NCBI GenBank assembly: GCA_014896355.1
Contig: JADBKO010000002.1
Span: forward strand, 37,631-101,630
Origin: Bacillota bacterium
Lineage (GTDB): Bacteria; Bacillota; UBA5301; Bu52
Direction: 5' to 3'
Length of the DNA: 64,000 nt
Both the position numbers and the translations under genes were made by a program. The notes below the pieces were generated by a model that saw only the letters and a program-made list of their open reading frames with translations, did no database searches and had not been told where the DNA came from. Shown here one piece after another: positions 37,246-45,352 of the stretch (its first letter is position 1; each line of letters begins with the position of its first letter).

Positions 37246-38298
37246 GTGGAACCTGTCCGTTATCCGGGCAACCCGATCATCCGTCCGGAAGACGTGCCGC
37301 CTAGCGCCGATGGGCTGGAAGTTGTGGGGGCCTTCAACGCCGGGGCGGTTCAGGTGGGGGAGGAGACTTTTCTGCTGTTGCGGGTGGCGGAGGCCGCGCG
37401 CTGCACGGACCCAGATACCGTCCCCATTGTAACTGCGGACCCGGACCGCGGCGAAATCCGCGTGGTATCCATTCCGAAGAATTCGCCCGGACTGGATCTT
37501 TCGGATCCGCGCCAGGTCATTTACGGCGGCCATCGCTACCTCAGCTCGCTGTCCCACCTGCGCCTGGCGCGCAGCAGGGACGGCTATCATTTCCAGGTGG
37601 ACGCCCGGCCCACGATCGTGCCTCGGTCCCGGTACGAGACGTACGGGATCGAAGACCCACGGATCACCTATTTGGCAGAGGAGGACCGCTACCTGATCAC
37701 GTATACGGCGGTTTCCAATCTGGGGATCGCCGTTGGGCTGATGGAAACCCGTGATTTCGTGGATTTCCGGCGTCTGGGAATCATCTTTACGCCAGACAAC
37801 AAGGATGTGGCGGTCTTTCCCGGCACTGTACAGGGTCATTATGCCGTGTTGCACCGGCCCAGCAGCAGCCATCTGGGCTCGCCGGACATCTGGATCGCGT
37901 TCTCGGACAATCTGCAGTATTGGGGAAACAACCACCACCTCCTCGGCCGGCGGCCGGGCATGTGGGACGGCATCCGGGTGGGGGCAGGTGCCCCGCCCTT
38001 GCTCACGCCGGAGGGATGGCTGGAAATCTATCATGGGGCGAACGAAGATAATTCCTACTTTCTGGGGGCTGTGCTTCTAGACCGGCAGGATCCCACGCGG
38101 GTGCTGGCTCGCTCCCAGGATCCGGTCATGTCGCCCATTATGGGCTACGAGCGGACCGGCTTCTTCAATAATACGGTGTTCACCTGCGGAGTTGTCCCGG
38201 GCCCCGGCGAGCAGTTGCGGATCTACTACGGGGCTGCAGACAAGGTCACGGCAGTGGCGGACACCACGTTGGGTGCTGTGATGGATTCCCTACGCTAA
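37246..38298 (+). CDS. GH130-family glycosidase/phosphorylase (DUF377)
   Basis: The GTG start follows AGGAGG. The sequence is typical of the 5-bladed propeller GH130/PH1107 family ('FNAGAV', 'EDPRI', 'EGWLEIYHGA...YFLGAVLLD'). Confidence 0.65.
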   Translation: MEPVRYPGNPIIRPEDVPPSADGLEVVGAFNAGAVQVGEETFLLLRVAEAARCTDPDTVPIVTADPDRGEIRVVSIPKNSPGLDLSDPRQVIYGGHRYLSSLSHLRLARSRDGYHFQVDARPTIVPRSRYETYGIEDPRITYLAEEDRYLITYTAVSNLGIAVGLMETRDFVDFRRLGIIFTPDNKDVAVFPGTVQGHYAVLHRPSSSHLGSPDIWIAFSDNLQYWGNNHHLLGRRPGMWDGIRVGAGAPPLLTPEGWLEIYHGANEDNSYFLGAVLLDRQDPTRVLARSQDPVMSPIMGYERTGFFNNTVFTCGVVPGPGEQLRIYYGAADKVTAVADTTLGAVMDSLR

Positions 38299-38364
38299 GA
38301 ACTTGTAGCCTCCGGGGCACAGGACACGGCAGGCGGCGCCAAAACGGCGCGGGGCGGCAAGGCA

Positions 38365-38394
38365 GGATGGCCGTGGATTTCGCTGCGGCCATCC
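38365..38394 (+). terminator. Hairpin ggatggccg-N12-cggccatcc downstream of the GH130 gene
   Basis: It has a 9-bp perfect stem and is followed by the T-containing tract cgcttcgtttgtg. Confidence 0.4.
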
Positions 38395-38555
38395 CGCTTC
38401 GTTTGTGCCACCCTCTTGCGCTTTTCTGTCCGCCAAGATACACTGATAACTGTTATTGATAAAGCTCAACCTTGCGCAGAGGCACAGGGATCCGCACGAG
38501 CGGTCAAAGCCTGCGAAGCCGCCTGCCGAGCAAGGCCAAGGAGGAAAACACGCAG

Positions 38556-39149
38556 ATGTACGATATCGCCATCATTGGAGCCGGGCCTGCGGGCGCCAGC
38601 GCCGCCATGTTCACCGCCAAGGCTGGCAAGAAGACCGCCCTGGTAGACGACGACAAGGGGATTACACGCAGGGCCTGGATTGAGAATCATTACCCATTGG
38701 AGGGAGTCACCGGCACGGATTTGGTGGAGCGCGGTCTCCGGCAGGCCGCGCGGTTAGGCGCTCAGCTGGTGCGGGGAACCGTGGAGCAGGTGGAGCGCCG
38801 GACCGCCGGGGAGCCGGGATTCGTGCTGCGCCTGGCAGACGGGACGACGTTGGAAGCAGGGACGCTTCTCTTGGCCACGGGGGTCAACACCGAGTTGGCC
38901 AAGCGCATGGGTGTGCCCACCAAGCCAGCTTCGGAGCCGCGCATCAAGGAAGTGGTGGAAGTGGACAGCCAGGGCCGTACGCCTCTGGAGGGCGTGTGGG
39001 CTGCCGGGGTTGTGGCCGGGACCAGCGTCCATACCATCGTCACGGCGGGAGATGGAGCCCGGGTGGCCATCAACTGGCTCAGTCAACTGGCGGGACAGCG
39101 CTACGTACAGCATGATGCGATCCAGAAGCCGGAGAAGCAGTCTGTCTGA
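38556..39149 (+). CDS. Minimal FAD-binding oxidoreductase (thioredoxin-reductase-like, lacks the NAD(P)H domain and CxxC)
   Basis: An AAGGAGGA RBS precedes it. It has an N-terminal 'IAIIGAGPAGASAA' GxGxxG motif and a C-terminal 'GVWAAGVVAG' FAD motif. It is only 197 aa. Confidence 0.6.
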   Translation: MYDIAIIGAGPAGASAAMFTAKAGKKTALVDDDKGITRRAWIENHYPLEGVTGTDLVERGLRQAARLGAQLVRGTVEQVERRTAGEPGFVLRLADGTTLEAGTLLLATGVNTELAKRMGVPTKPASEPRIKEVVEVDSQGRTPLEGVWAAGVVAGTSVHTIVTAGDGARVAINWLSQLAGQRYVQHDAIQKPEKQSV

Positions 39150-39203
39150 TCTTTTCTGGCTTGGGCAGGATTTCCTAGCTTTTCTGACGAAAAATACAAG
39201 CAA

Positions 39204-40451
39204 ATGGAATCTGTGAGAGGAGCGGGAATCCTGCCCATGCGGGTGGCTGTAAAGGTCTCGAATCTGATTCCCGGGTCCCGGCTGGTCCGTAGTGTCTACT
39301 CGGAATATGGCGCTCTGCTGCTGCGGGAAGGTGTCGTGCTCACCCGCGGCCACCTGGAGAGCTTGCATCGCCAGGGAGTCCGTGAGGTCTATGTGGAGGT
39401 GGTAGATGACCTCGCCGAACCCTCTATCACGGCCCCTGGCCCTGGCAGCGGCAGCAGCGAAGCGGCCCAGAGGCACCACGGCGCGGAAACCACCCGGTCC
39501 AGCCATGAATCCTCCCCTTCAACTGTCGCGGATGCGCCGAAAACCGGTATGCGGCCGGACAGTGAGGGCGGCAGCCCGCTCGCTGTGCCGGAGCTGGAGT
39601 TGGAAAAACGGCATTTCCAGGAAACCTATCGCGCCGCCACCGCCACCGTGGAAAACGTCATGCGTAGCGGCAGGCTGGGTCAGTTTTTGCCGGCCTCGGA
39701 GGTGCGGGAGGCAGCGGAGGCCATCGCCCACGTGGTCCATACCACTCATGATGTCCTGGCGCTATTGGTGCGGCTGCGCCAAGCCAGCGATCCGACGTTC
39801 ACCCATTCTGTGAATGTGGCGCTGGTGGCGGCCCTGCTGGGGCGGTGGCTGAAACTCTCAGAAGGCGAGCTGCGTGTTCTGGCTCAGGCAGGCATGATGC
39901 ACGATGTGGGCAAAGCGCAGATTCCGGAGCCGATTCTGTCCAAGCAGGAACCCCTGACTCCGGACGAGATCCGGATCATCCGCCAGCACCCGCTGGCCGG
40001 ATACGAGCTTCTCTCGGGGGTCAGCTCCATTCCCGAGCAGGTGAGGTCGGCAGTGCTGCAGCATCACGAGCGCGGCGACGGCAGCGGTTACCCCTACGGG
40101 CTGACGGGAGCGCAGATCGCTCCTTTCAGCCGTTTGGTGGCCATCGCCGACGTGTATGCGGCCATGAGCGCTGAGCGGCCTTACCGGCGGCGCGTTCCAC
40201 ATTTCCGGATCGCGGAGCATTTGCACGATGAGAGTTTTTCTCGGCTGGACCCCCAGTTCGTGCGGGTATTCCTGGACCATGTGGCTTCTTTCTACGTTGG
40301 GAGCCAGGTCCGGTTGAGCGATGGCCAGGTGGGCCAGGTGGTCTTCATCGATGATCGTCATCCCACCCGCCCCCTCGTCAAGGTGGGAGAGGATTTCATC
40401 AGTCTGCAGGACCGCGAGGATTTGGCCGTCGAAGACATTCTCAGTTTGTAG
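39204..40451 (+). CDS. HD-GYP domain phosphodiesterase
   Basis: It has 'HDVGK' and 'HHERGDGSGYPYGL' (HD...GYP). The alternative start at 39237 has a better RBS. Confidence 0.8.
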   Translation: MESVRGAGILPMRVAVKVSNLIPGSRLVRSVYSEYGALLLREGVVLTRGHLESLHRQGVREVYVEVVDDLAEPSITAPGPGSGSSEAAQRHHGAETTRSSHESSPSTVADAPKTGMRPDSEGGSPLAVPELELEKRHFQETYRAATATVENVMRSGRLGQFLPASEVREAAEAIAHVVHTTHDVLALLVRLRQASDPTFTHSVNVALVAALLGRWLKLSEGELRVLAQAGMMHDVGKAQIPEPILSKQEPLTPDEIRIIRQHPLAGYELLSGVSSIPEQVRSAVLQHHERGDGSGYPYGLTGAQIAPFSRLVAIADVYAAMSAERPYRRRVPHFRIAEHLHDESFSRLDPQFVRVFLDHVASFYVGSQVRLSDGQVGQVVFIDDRHPTRPLVKVGEDFISLQDREDLAVEDILSL

Positions 40452-40462
40452 AGGTGCAATCC

Positions 40463-42262
40463 ATGTGGCAGGAGCGCCCGGGGCCGGGCTCCCAGAGTCA
40501 TGATCCATATGCTCCTCCGCCGGAGGGGTTGGCCGGGCTGAAGGCGAAGTCCCAGCTTCCATGGCTCGCATGGCGGCACTGGCTGGGCCGTTGGGCTCTG
40601 TTGATTGCTCTGCTGTCTGCGGTGGGCTGCTGGGCCGGGTATGGCTCTGTGGCGGGGGAGCGCTCCGGTTTACCCCAGTTACAGATTGCCGCCCTGCAGG
40701 GCAGCGTGGATGTGCGGCGCCCCAGCGATGACTGGCGCCCTGCTTACACGGGCCAGATTCTGCGGGTACGGGACAGCATCCGGACCGGCATCCGCTCCTG
40801 GGCGGATTTGGGCTTTCCGGACGGGAGCAGTGTCCGGCTGGATCCCCAGACTCAGGTGACGGTGATGGCCCTGCCTCAGTGGTGGCCCGGCTTGTGGCTG
40901 ACCCGGGGCCGCCTGGAGCGGACGAATCCTTCTCTTGGCGAAAGCGGAAGCGGCTACGCCTGGGAAACAGGGAGCGGTGCCGCCTGGCGTTTGGATGGGC
41001 GTTTGGATGACAGCCTGAGCCAGGGTATGCCGGTCCCGGCGTGGTCCGGGCTGGCGTACTCGGGCGCCGGGAGCGGGCAGCCGGCGGGTGACATCTGGGA
41101 CGCCGTGCTGAGCCCGTACCCCTCCGGCACCGCGAGCTGGCGGAAAGAGGGCGGGAGTTCTACCGTGCGGCAGGGCGCGGGGGATGCCGCTACCGGCTCT
41201 GGCAGCCTGGTCGCAAAGGGAGGCCCCGGAGCCCCTGCTCAGCACGGGGCCCGCCGTGCCGCAACCCAGGCGCCTGCGGCGACCCGGAGCGCAACTTCTG
41301 GCAGCAGATGGCACTCTTTCGATGCCGCGGGTTTTGCAGTCCGCTGGCCGGGCAGTAACCGTTTAACCGCCACAGGAGTGGGTCTCGGCCTGCAGCCAGC
41401 GTGGCGGACCCAGTGGTCCGGGAAATTCCAGAGTGACGGCGCCGGGACGGCCTCGGATTCCAGCCTGCAGCTGGGTGGCCCGCAGGTCATTCGTATTCGC
41501 CTGGATTTGGGGCGTGTCTGGGTTCATGTAATGAAGCAGGCGGAGAGCCTGTTTCGCTACGAGATCGAAACCCCCAGCGTGGTAGCGGGAGCCCGGGGAA
41601 CGGTCTTCAGTGTGTCGACCACGCCGCAGGATTCCCGTGTTTCGGTCTGGGAGGGCCGGGTGGAGGTCCGGCAGCGCAGCCAGCCGGCGCAGGTGGCAGA
41701 TGTGGGGGCTCAACAGGAAGTCCAGGTTGGCGACGAACCGGTGGCTCGCTCCCAATCGGTCAACCCGGTCAACGGCGTGCAGCGCTATGCAGTGCCGGCC
41801 GTGCCTGCTTTGCCGTCCGGATCCATACGCGCCGTGCTGAGGCCCGGCAAGTCCGGGTCCCCCCTGCTTGCGAAGGGGTTGGCGCAGTCCAAAGGGCAAC
41901 CTGCCCTGCAGCTGGGAAGTGCCCAGGCTGGTGCCAAGCCTTCCAACGGTCCCGGGCAGGCCGTTCAAACCCAAAGTGCCGGGCAACCTGGGGGTTCCGG
42001 GACCGGGCAGGGCGTGCAGCAGCGGCTGCGCGTAAATCCGCTTTCTGGCGAAGAAATCCAGCGGTGGCAGCAGATGAAGCCCTGGGTGGAGGAAGAGCTG
42101 AAGAAGGAGCTGCAGACGAAGCTGCAGACCTTCCAGTGGCCCCAGCAAACGCAGAGCACGTCCGTCCGGCAGCTGGCGGGAGAGGGCGAGCAGGTGCAGG
42201 CGCCGGCTGATCCTTCCGCCAGCGGCTGGAATTTGTTCGGTTCCTCTGCTTCCGGTGGGTAG
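40463..42262 (+). CDS. FecR-domain membrane protein
   Basis: A GAGGTG RBS precedes it. It has one TM helix (WALLIALLSAVGCWAGY) and FecR-like beta segments (…GSVDVRRPSDDWRPAYTGQILRVRDSIRTG…, …GARGTVFSVS…). No adjacent ECF sigma factor. Confidence 0.55.
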   Translation: MWQERPGPGSQSHDPYAPPPEGLAGLKAKSQLPWLAWRHWLGRWALLIALLSAVGCWAGYGSVAGERSGLPQLQIAALQGSVDVRRPSDDWRPAYTGQILRVRDSIRTGIRSWADLGFPDGSSVRLDPQTQVTVMALPQWWPGLWLTRGRLERTNPSLGESGSGYAWETGSGAAWRLDGRLDDSLSQGMPVPAWSGLAYSGAGSGQPAGDIWDAVLSPYPSGTASWRKEGGSSTVRQGAGDAATGSGSLVAKGGPGAPAQHGARRAATQAPAATRSATSGSRWHSFDAAGFAVRWPGSNRLTATGVGLGLQPAWRTQWSGKFQSDGAGTASDSSLQLGGPQVIRIRLDLGRVWVHVMKQAESLFRYEIETPSVVAGARGTVFSVSTTPQDSRVSVWEGRVEVRQRSQPAQVADVGAQQEVQVGDEPVARSQSVNPVNGVQRYAVPAVPALPSGSIRAVLRPGKSGSPLLAKGLAQSKGQPALQLGSAQAGAKPSNGPGQAVQTQSAGQPGGSGTGQGVQQRLRVNPLSGEEIQRWQQMKPWVEEELKKELQTKLQTFQWPQQTQSTSVRQLAGEGEQVQAPADPSASGWNLFGSSASGG

Positions 42263-42284
42263 CGCTTTTGAACAGGGCGCACTG

Positions 42285-42313
42285 TAGACACAGAAGGAGC
42301 GTCCTGGTATACT
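42285..42313 (+). promoter_or_regulatory. Extended -10 promoter TAGACA-N17-(TGg)TATACT for the hydrogenase operon
   Basis: The -35 at 42285-90 matches 5/6. TG lies at 42305-06 and the -10 at 42308-13. Confidence 0.45.
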
Positions 42314-42360
42314 ATGTGCTAGAAGTCAGAACTGGGCCTGGCGTTTTGTTTTATTCGAAA

Positions 42361-42405
42361 TAGTGAATGTCATCACTATAGAAAAGATAGTGAAAGACAT
42401 CACAT
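42361..42405. promoter_or_regulatory. Two tandem 18-bp dyads TAGTGAA-N4-ATCAC(T/A)(A/T), Rex-like operators
   Basis: Site 1 is 42361-78 (TAGTGAATGTCATCACTA). Site 2 is 42388-405 (TAGTGAAAGACATCACAT). Each matches the Rex consensus TTGTGAA-N4-TTCACAA at 11 of 14 positions. Both lie in the low-GC leader between the promoter and the RBS. Confidence 0.4.
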
Positions 42406-42461
42406 TGACAATCCTTCAGACTTGTCGGCCTATTTGAACAACTCAGGAGGTGCAGGCCGTC

Positions 42462-42983
42462 ATGGCCAATGGCGCACAGGACGGGTCGCGGCTGGTGCAG
42501 GTTCAGGCCCCAGCCCAACGGTTTGCGTATCTACAGGCGGCGGTGGATGATGCTGCGGCCGAGGGACAAAGAGGCGAGGAGCTTCTGATCCCCCTGCTCC
42601 AGGCGGTGCAAGGGAAATTTGGCTACCTTCCCGCGGAAGATCTGGCAGCGGTGGCGGAGATCCTGCATGTGCCCCTGAGCCGCGTCTACGGAGTGGCGAC
42701 GTTCTACAACCAATTCCGCCTGACCCCGGTGGGCAAGCACATTATTCGTTCCTGCACAGGCACGGCGTGCCACGTCAAAGGAGCGCAGATGCTCCGTGAC
42801 GCCCTGCAGGCCGAACTGGGAATCGCCCCCGGGCAGACCACGCCGGACGGCCGGTTCACCTGGGAGCTGGTGGCTTGCCTGGGCGCGTGCGGGATGGCGC
42901 CGGTGATCATGATCGATGATGAGTTCCACGGCCGGTTGACCCCTCAGCAGCTGCCCCGGATCCTGCGAACGTATTCTGCGTAG
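42462..42983 (+). CDS. hydC: NuoE-like [2Fe-2S] thioredoxin-fold subunit of [FeFe]-hydrogenase (HydC/HndA-like)
   Basis: The four-Cys 2Fe-2S motif is present (C...C...CLGACGMAP). Confidence 0.85.
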   Translation: MANGAQDGSRLVQVQAPAQRFAYLQAAVDDAAAEGQRGEELLIPLLQAVQGKFGYLPAEDLAAVAEILHVPLSRVYGVATFYNQFRLTPVGKHIIRSCTGTACHVKGAQMLRDALQAELGIAPGQTTPDGRFTWELVACLGACGMAPVIMIDDEFHGRLTPQQLPRILRTYSA

Positions 42984-42997
42984 AGGAGTGGTTCGGC

Positions 42998-45325
42998 TTG
43001 ATGGAGGAGTTTCTTGCACCTTGCTGTGAAAAATGCACGCACAGCCCGCAGACGCCGTGCAGCCGGCTGCTGGACTGCCTGCGCCAGGGGCCCCTCTGCC
43101 ATGACGACGCTGCCTGTCGGGGAACACGGCGCTCCCGTCTCCTGCGCCTGGCCGGGCCTGTTCGGCCTGCCGGCACCGCCGGTGGCCCCGATGTTTGGGC
43201 CATGGTCTGGGTCGGCACCGGAACCTGCGGCATGGCTGCGGGGGCAGGAAAGGTTTTCGAAGTTTTGCATCAGTACGCAGCCCAGACCCAGGGCCGCGTG
43301 GTCGTGAAAGGGGTAGGCTGCCGCGGCCTTTGCTACCGGGAACCCATGGTGGATGTGCAGATCGCGGGCAGGCCGCGGGTGATCTTCGGAGATGTAACCC
43401 GGAAAAATGCAGAGCGCCTCATTTCCTACCTGGAAGGCGGGGAGATGCCGGCGGATTTGGCCATCGCCCGGGTAAAAAGCCCGCTCGATGCGTTGTGGGG
43501 CTCCAACACCGTGCCAGCGAGGCCGGAGGATGGTAGTTCGGCCGAGGCACAGCTGCCGTGGCTGGAGGAGCTGCCATCCCAGAAAAAGCAGATGCGGGTG
43601 GTCTTGGCCAATTGTGGACTCATTGATCCGGACTCTCTAGCCGAGTATGTGGCGGCTGGCGGCTACGAGGCCTTGGCCGACGCTTTGCAGCGGCGGCAGC
43701 CGGAAGAGATCTTGCACGAGGTGGAGATCTCCGGGCTGCGGGGCCGAGGCGGCGGGGGATTTCCCACCGGTCGCAAATGGCGTCTTCTCCGCCAAGCGAA
43801 AGGGGAACCCAAGTATCTGATCTGCAATGCCGACGAGGGGGATCCGGGTGCCTTTATGGACCGGAGCGTCCTGGAGGGTGATCCACACCGGGTATTGGAG
43901 GGCATGATGCTGGCGGCCTATGCCACCGGCGCCCGCTACGGATACATCTACGTGCGCGCCGAGTACCCGCTGGCTGTGAAACGGCTGCGCCACAGCATCG
44001 CCCAGCTCAAAGAGGTCGGATTGCTGGGGGAGAACATCCTGGGGACCGGGTTTGCGTTTGACATCCGGATCAAGGTGGGCGCGGGCGCCTTCGTCTGCGG
44101 CGAGGAGACGGCCCTGATGGCTTCCATCGAGGGCAGGCGGGGCATGCCGAGGCCCAGACCTCCGTTTCCGGCCCAGTCAGGGCTGTGGGGGCATCCCACC
44201 AACATCAATAACGTAGAGACCTACGCCAATGTACCGCCCATCGTCCGCCAGGGCGGGGCGTGGTTTGCCGGAATCGGCACTGAGGGCAGCAAAGGCACCA
44301 AGGTGTTCGCCCTGACCGGCAAAGTGAAGAACACCGGGCTGGTGGAAGTCCCCATGGGGACGCTCTTGCGGGATCTCATCTATGAGGTGGGCGGCGGCAT
44401 GGGCAGCGGCCATGCCTTCAAGGCGGTTCAGATTGGCGGGCCGTCGGGCGGCTGCCTGCCGGAGTCCATGCTGGATACGCCTATCGATTACGACTCTCTG
44501 ATCGCTGCGGGGGCCATGATGGGCTCCGGTGGGTTGGTGGTGATGGACGACACCACCTGTATGGTGGATGTGGCCCGCTTCTTCACCAACTTCACCCGGG
44601 ATGAGTCCTGTGGGAAATGTGTGCCTTGCCGTGAAGGGCTAAAGCGCCTCTCGGAGATTCTGGAGCAGATCGTGGGTGGCAGTGTGCCCGGGGCGGCGCT
44701 GCCGGCGGCTGCCGCCGCGCCAGGGGATACGGCCGGCGCCCCGGTGGCTGCAGGGACAGCGGCGGCTCCGGTGCGGGCTGCAGCTGTCGGCGCCGGCGGT
44801 GGAGTTCAGCCTCCGCCTCTCATTCCAGGCCGGCCGCCGTTGGTGGCGGAGCCTGCAACGGCCGGGGAAGTGACGGCGGGTGCAGAGACGGTGCCGGCCG
44901 CAGAGGGAACCGCCGCAGTGGTGGATACGTCCCTTCCCTCCAGCTTGGGCCCGGGCCTAGACCCGCTGGTGCGCTTCAAGAATGTCACCTTGCTGGAAAC
45001 CCTGGCGGAAGCGGTGCGGGACACAGCTGCCTGCGGCCTGGGGCAGACGGCTCCCAACCCGGTTTTGAGCACGTTGCGTTACTTCCGTGCTGAGTACGAG
45101 GCCCATGTGTTCGAGCGCCGTTGCCCAGCCAAGCACTGCAAGGCCCTGCTGCATTACCGGATCAATCCCAATGTGTGCAACGGCTGTGGGGCTTGTGCCC
45201 GCCGGTGCCCGCAGAAGGCCATCGTGGGCGAGAAGCTGCGCCCGCACTACATTATCGAGGACAAATGCGCGCGCTGCGGCATGTGCGCAGAGACTTGCCG
45301 CTTCCATGCGGTGACTGTGGAGTAA
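42998..45325 (+). CDS. hydB: NuoF-like flavoprotein subunit of [FeFe]-hydrogenase (HydB/HndC-like) with a C-terminal 2x[4Fe-4S] ferredoxin domain
   Basis: The NADH/FMN motifs are present (GRGGGGFPTGRKW, CNADEGDPGAF), along with the 4Fe-4S N3 site (ESCGKCVPCREG) and a C-terminal CxxCxxCxxxCP x2. A ~90-aa Ala/Pro-rich linker precedes the ferredoxin domain. Confidence 0.85.
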   Translation: MMEEFLAPCCEKCTHSPQTPCSRLLDCLRQGPLCHDDAACRGTRRSRLLRLAGPVRPAGTAGGPDVWAMVWVGTGTCGMAAGAGKVFEVLHQYAAQTQGRVVVKGVGCRGLCYREPMVDVQIAGRPRVIFGDVTRKNAERLISYLEGGEMPADLAIARVKSPLDALWGSNTVPARPEDGSSAEAQLPWLEELPSQKKQMRVVLANCGLIDPDSLAEYVAAGGYEALADALQRRQPEEILHEVEISGLRGRGGGGFPTGRKWRLLRQAKGEPKYLICNADEGDPGAFMDRSVLEGDPHRVLEGMMLAAYATGARYGYIYVRAEYPLAVKRLRHSIAQLKEVGLLGENILGTGFAFDIRIKVGAGAFVCGEETALMASIEGRRGMPRPRPPFPAQSGLWGHPTNINNVETYANVPPIVRQGGAWFAGIGTEGSKGTKVFALTGKVKNTGLVEVPMGTLLRDLIYEVGGGMGSGHAFKAVQIGGPSGGCLPESMLDTPIDYDSLIAAGAMMGSGGLVVMDDTTCMVDVARFFTNFTRDESCGKCVPCREGLKRLSEILEQIVGGSVPGAALPAAAAAPGDTAGAPVAAGTAAAPVRAAAVGAGGGVQPPPLIPGRPPLVAEPATAGEVTAGAETVPAAEGTAAVVDTSLPSSLGPGLDPLVRFKNVTLLETLAEAVRDTAACGLGQTAPNPVLSTLRYFRAEYEAHVFERRCPAKHCKALLHYRINPNVCNGCGACARRCPQKAIVGEKLRPHYIIEDKCARCGMCAETCRFHAVTVE

Positions 45326-45352
45326 GCGGGGCTGGACGAGGTGGGAAAAGAC

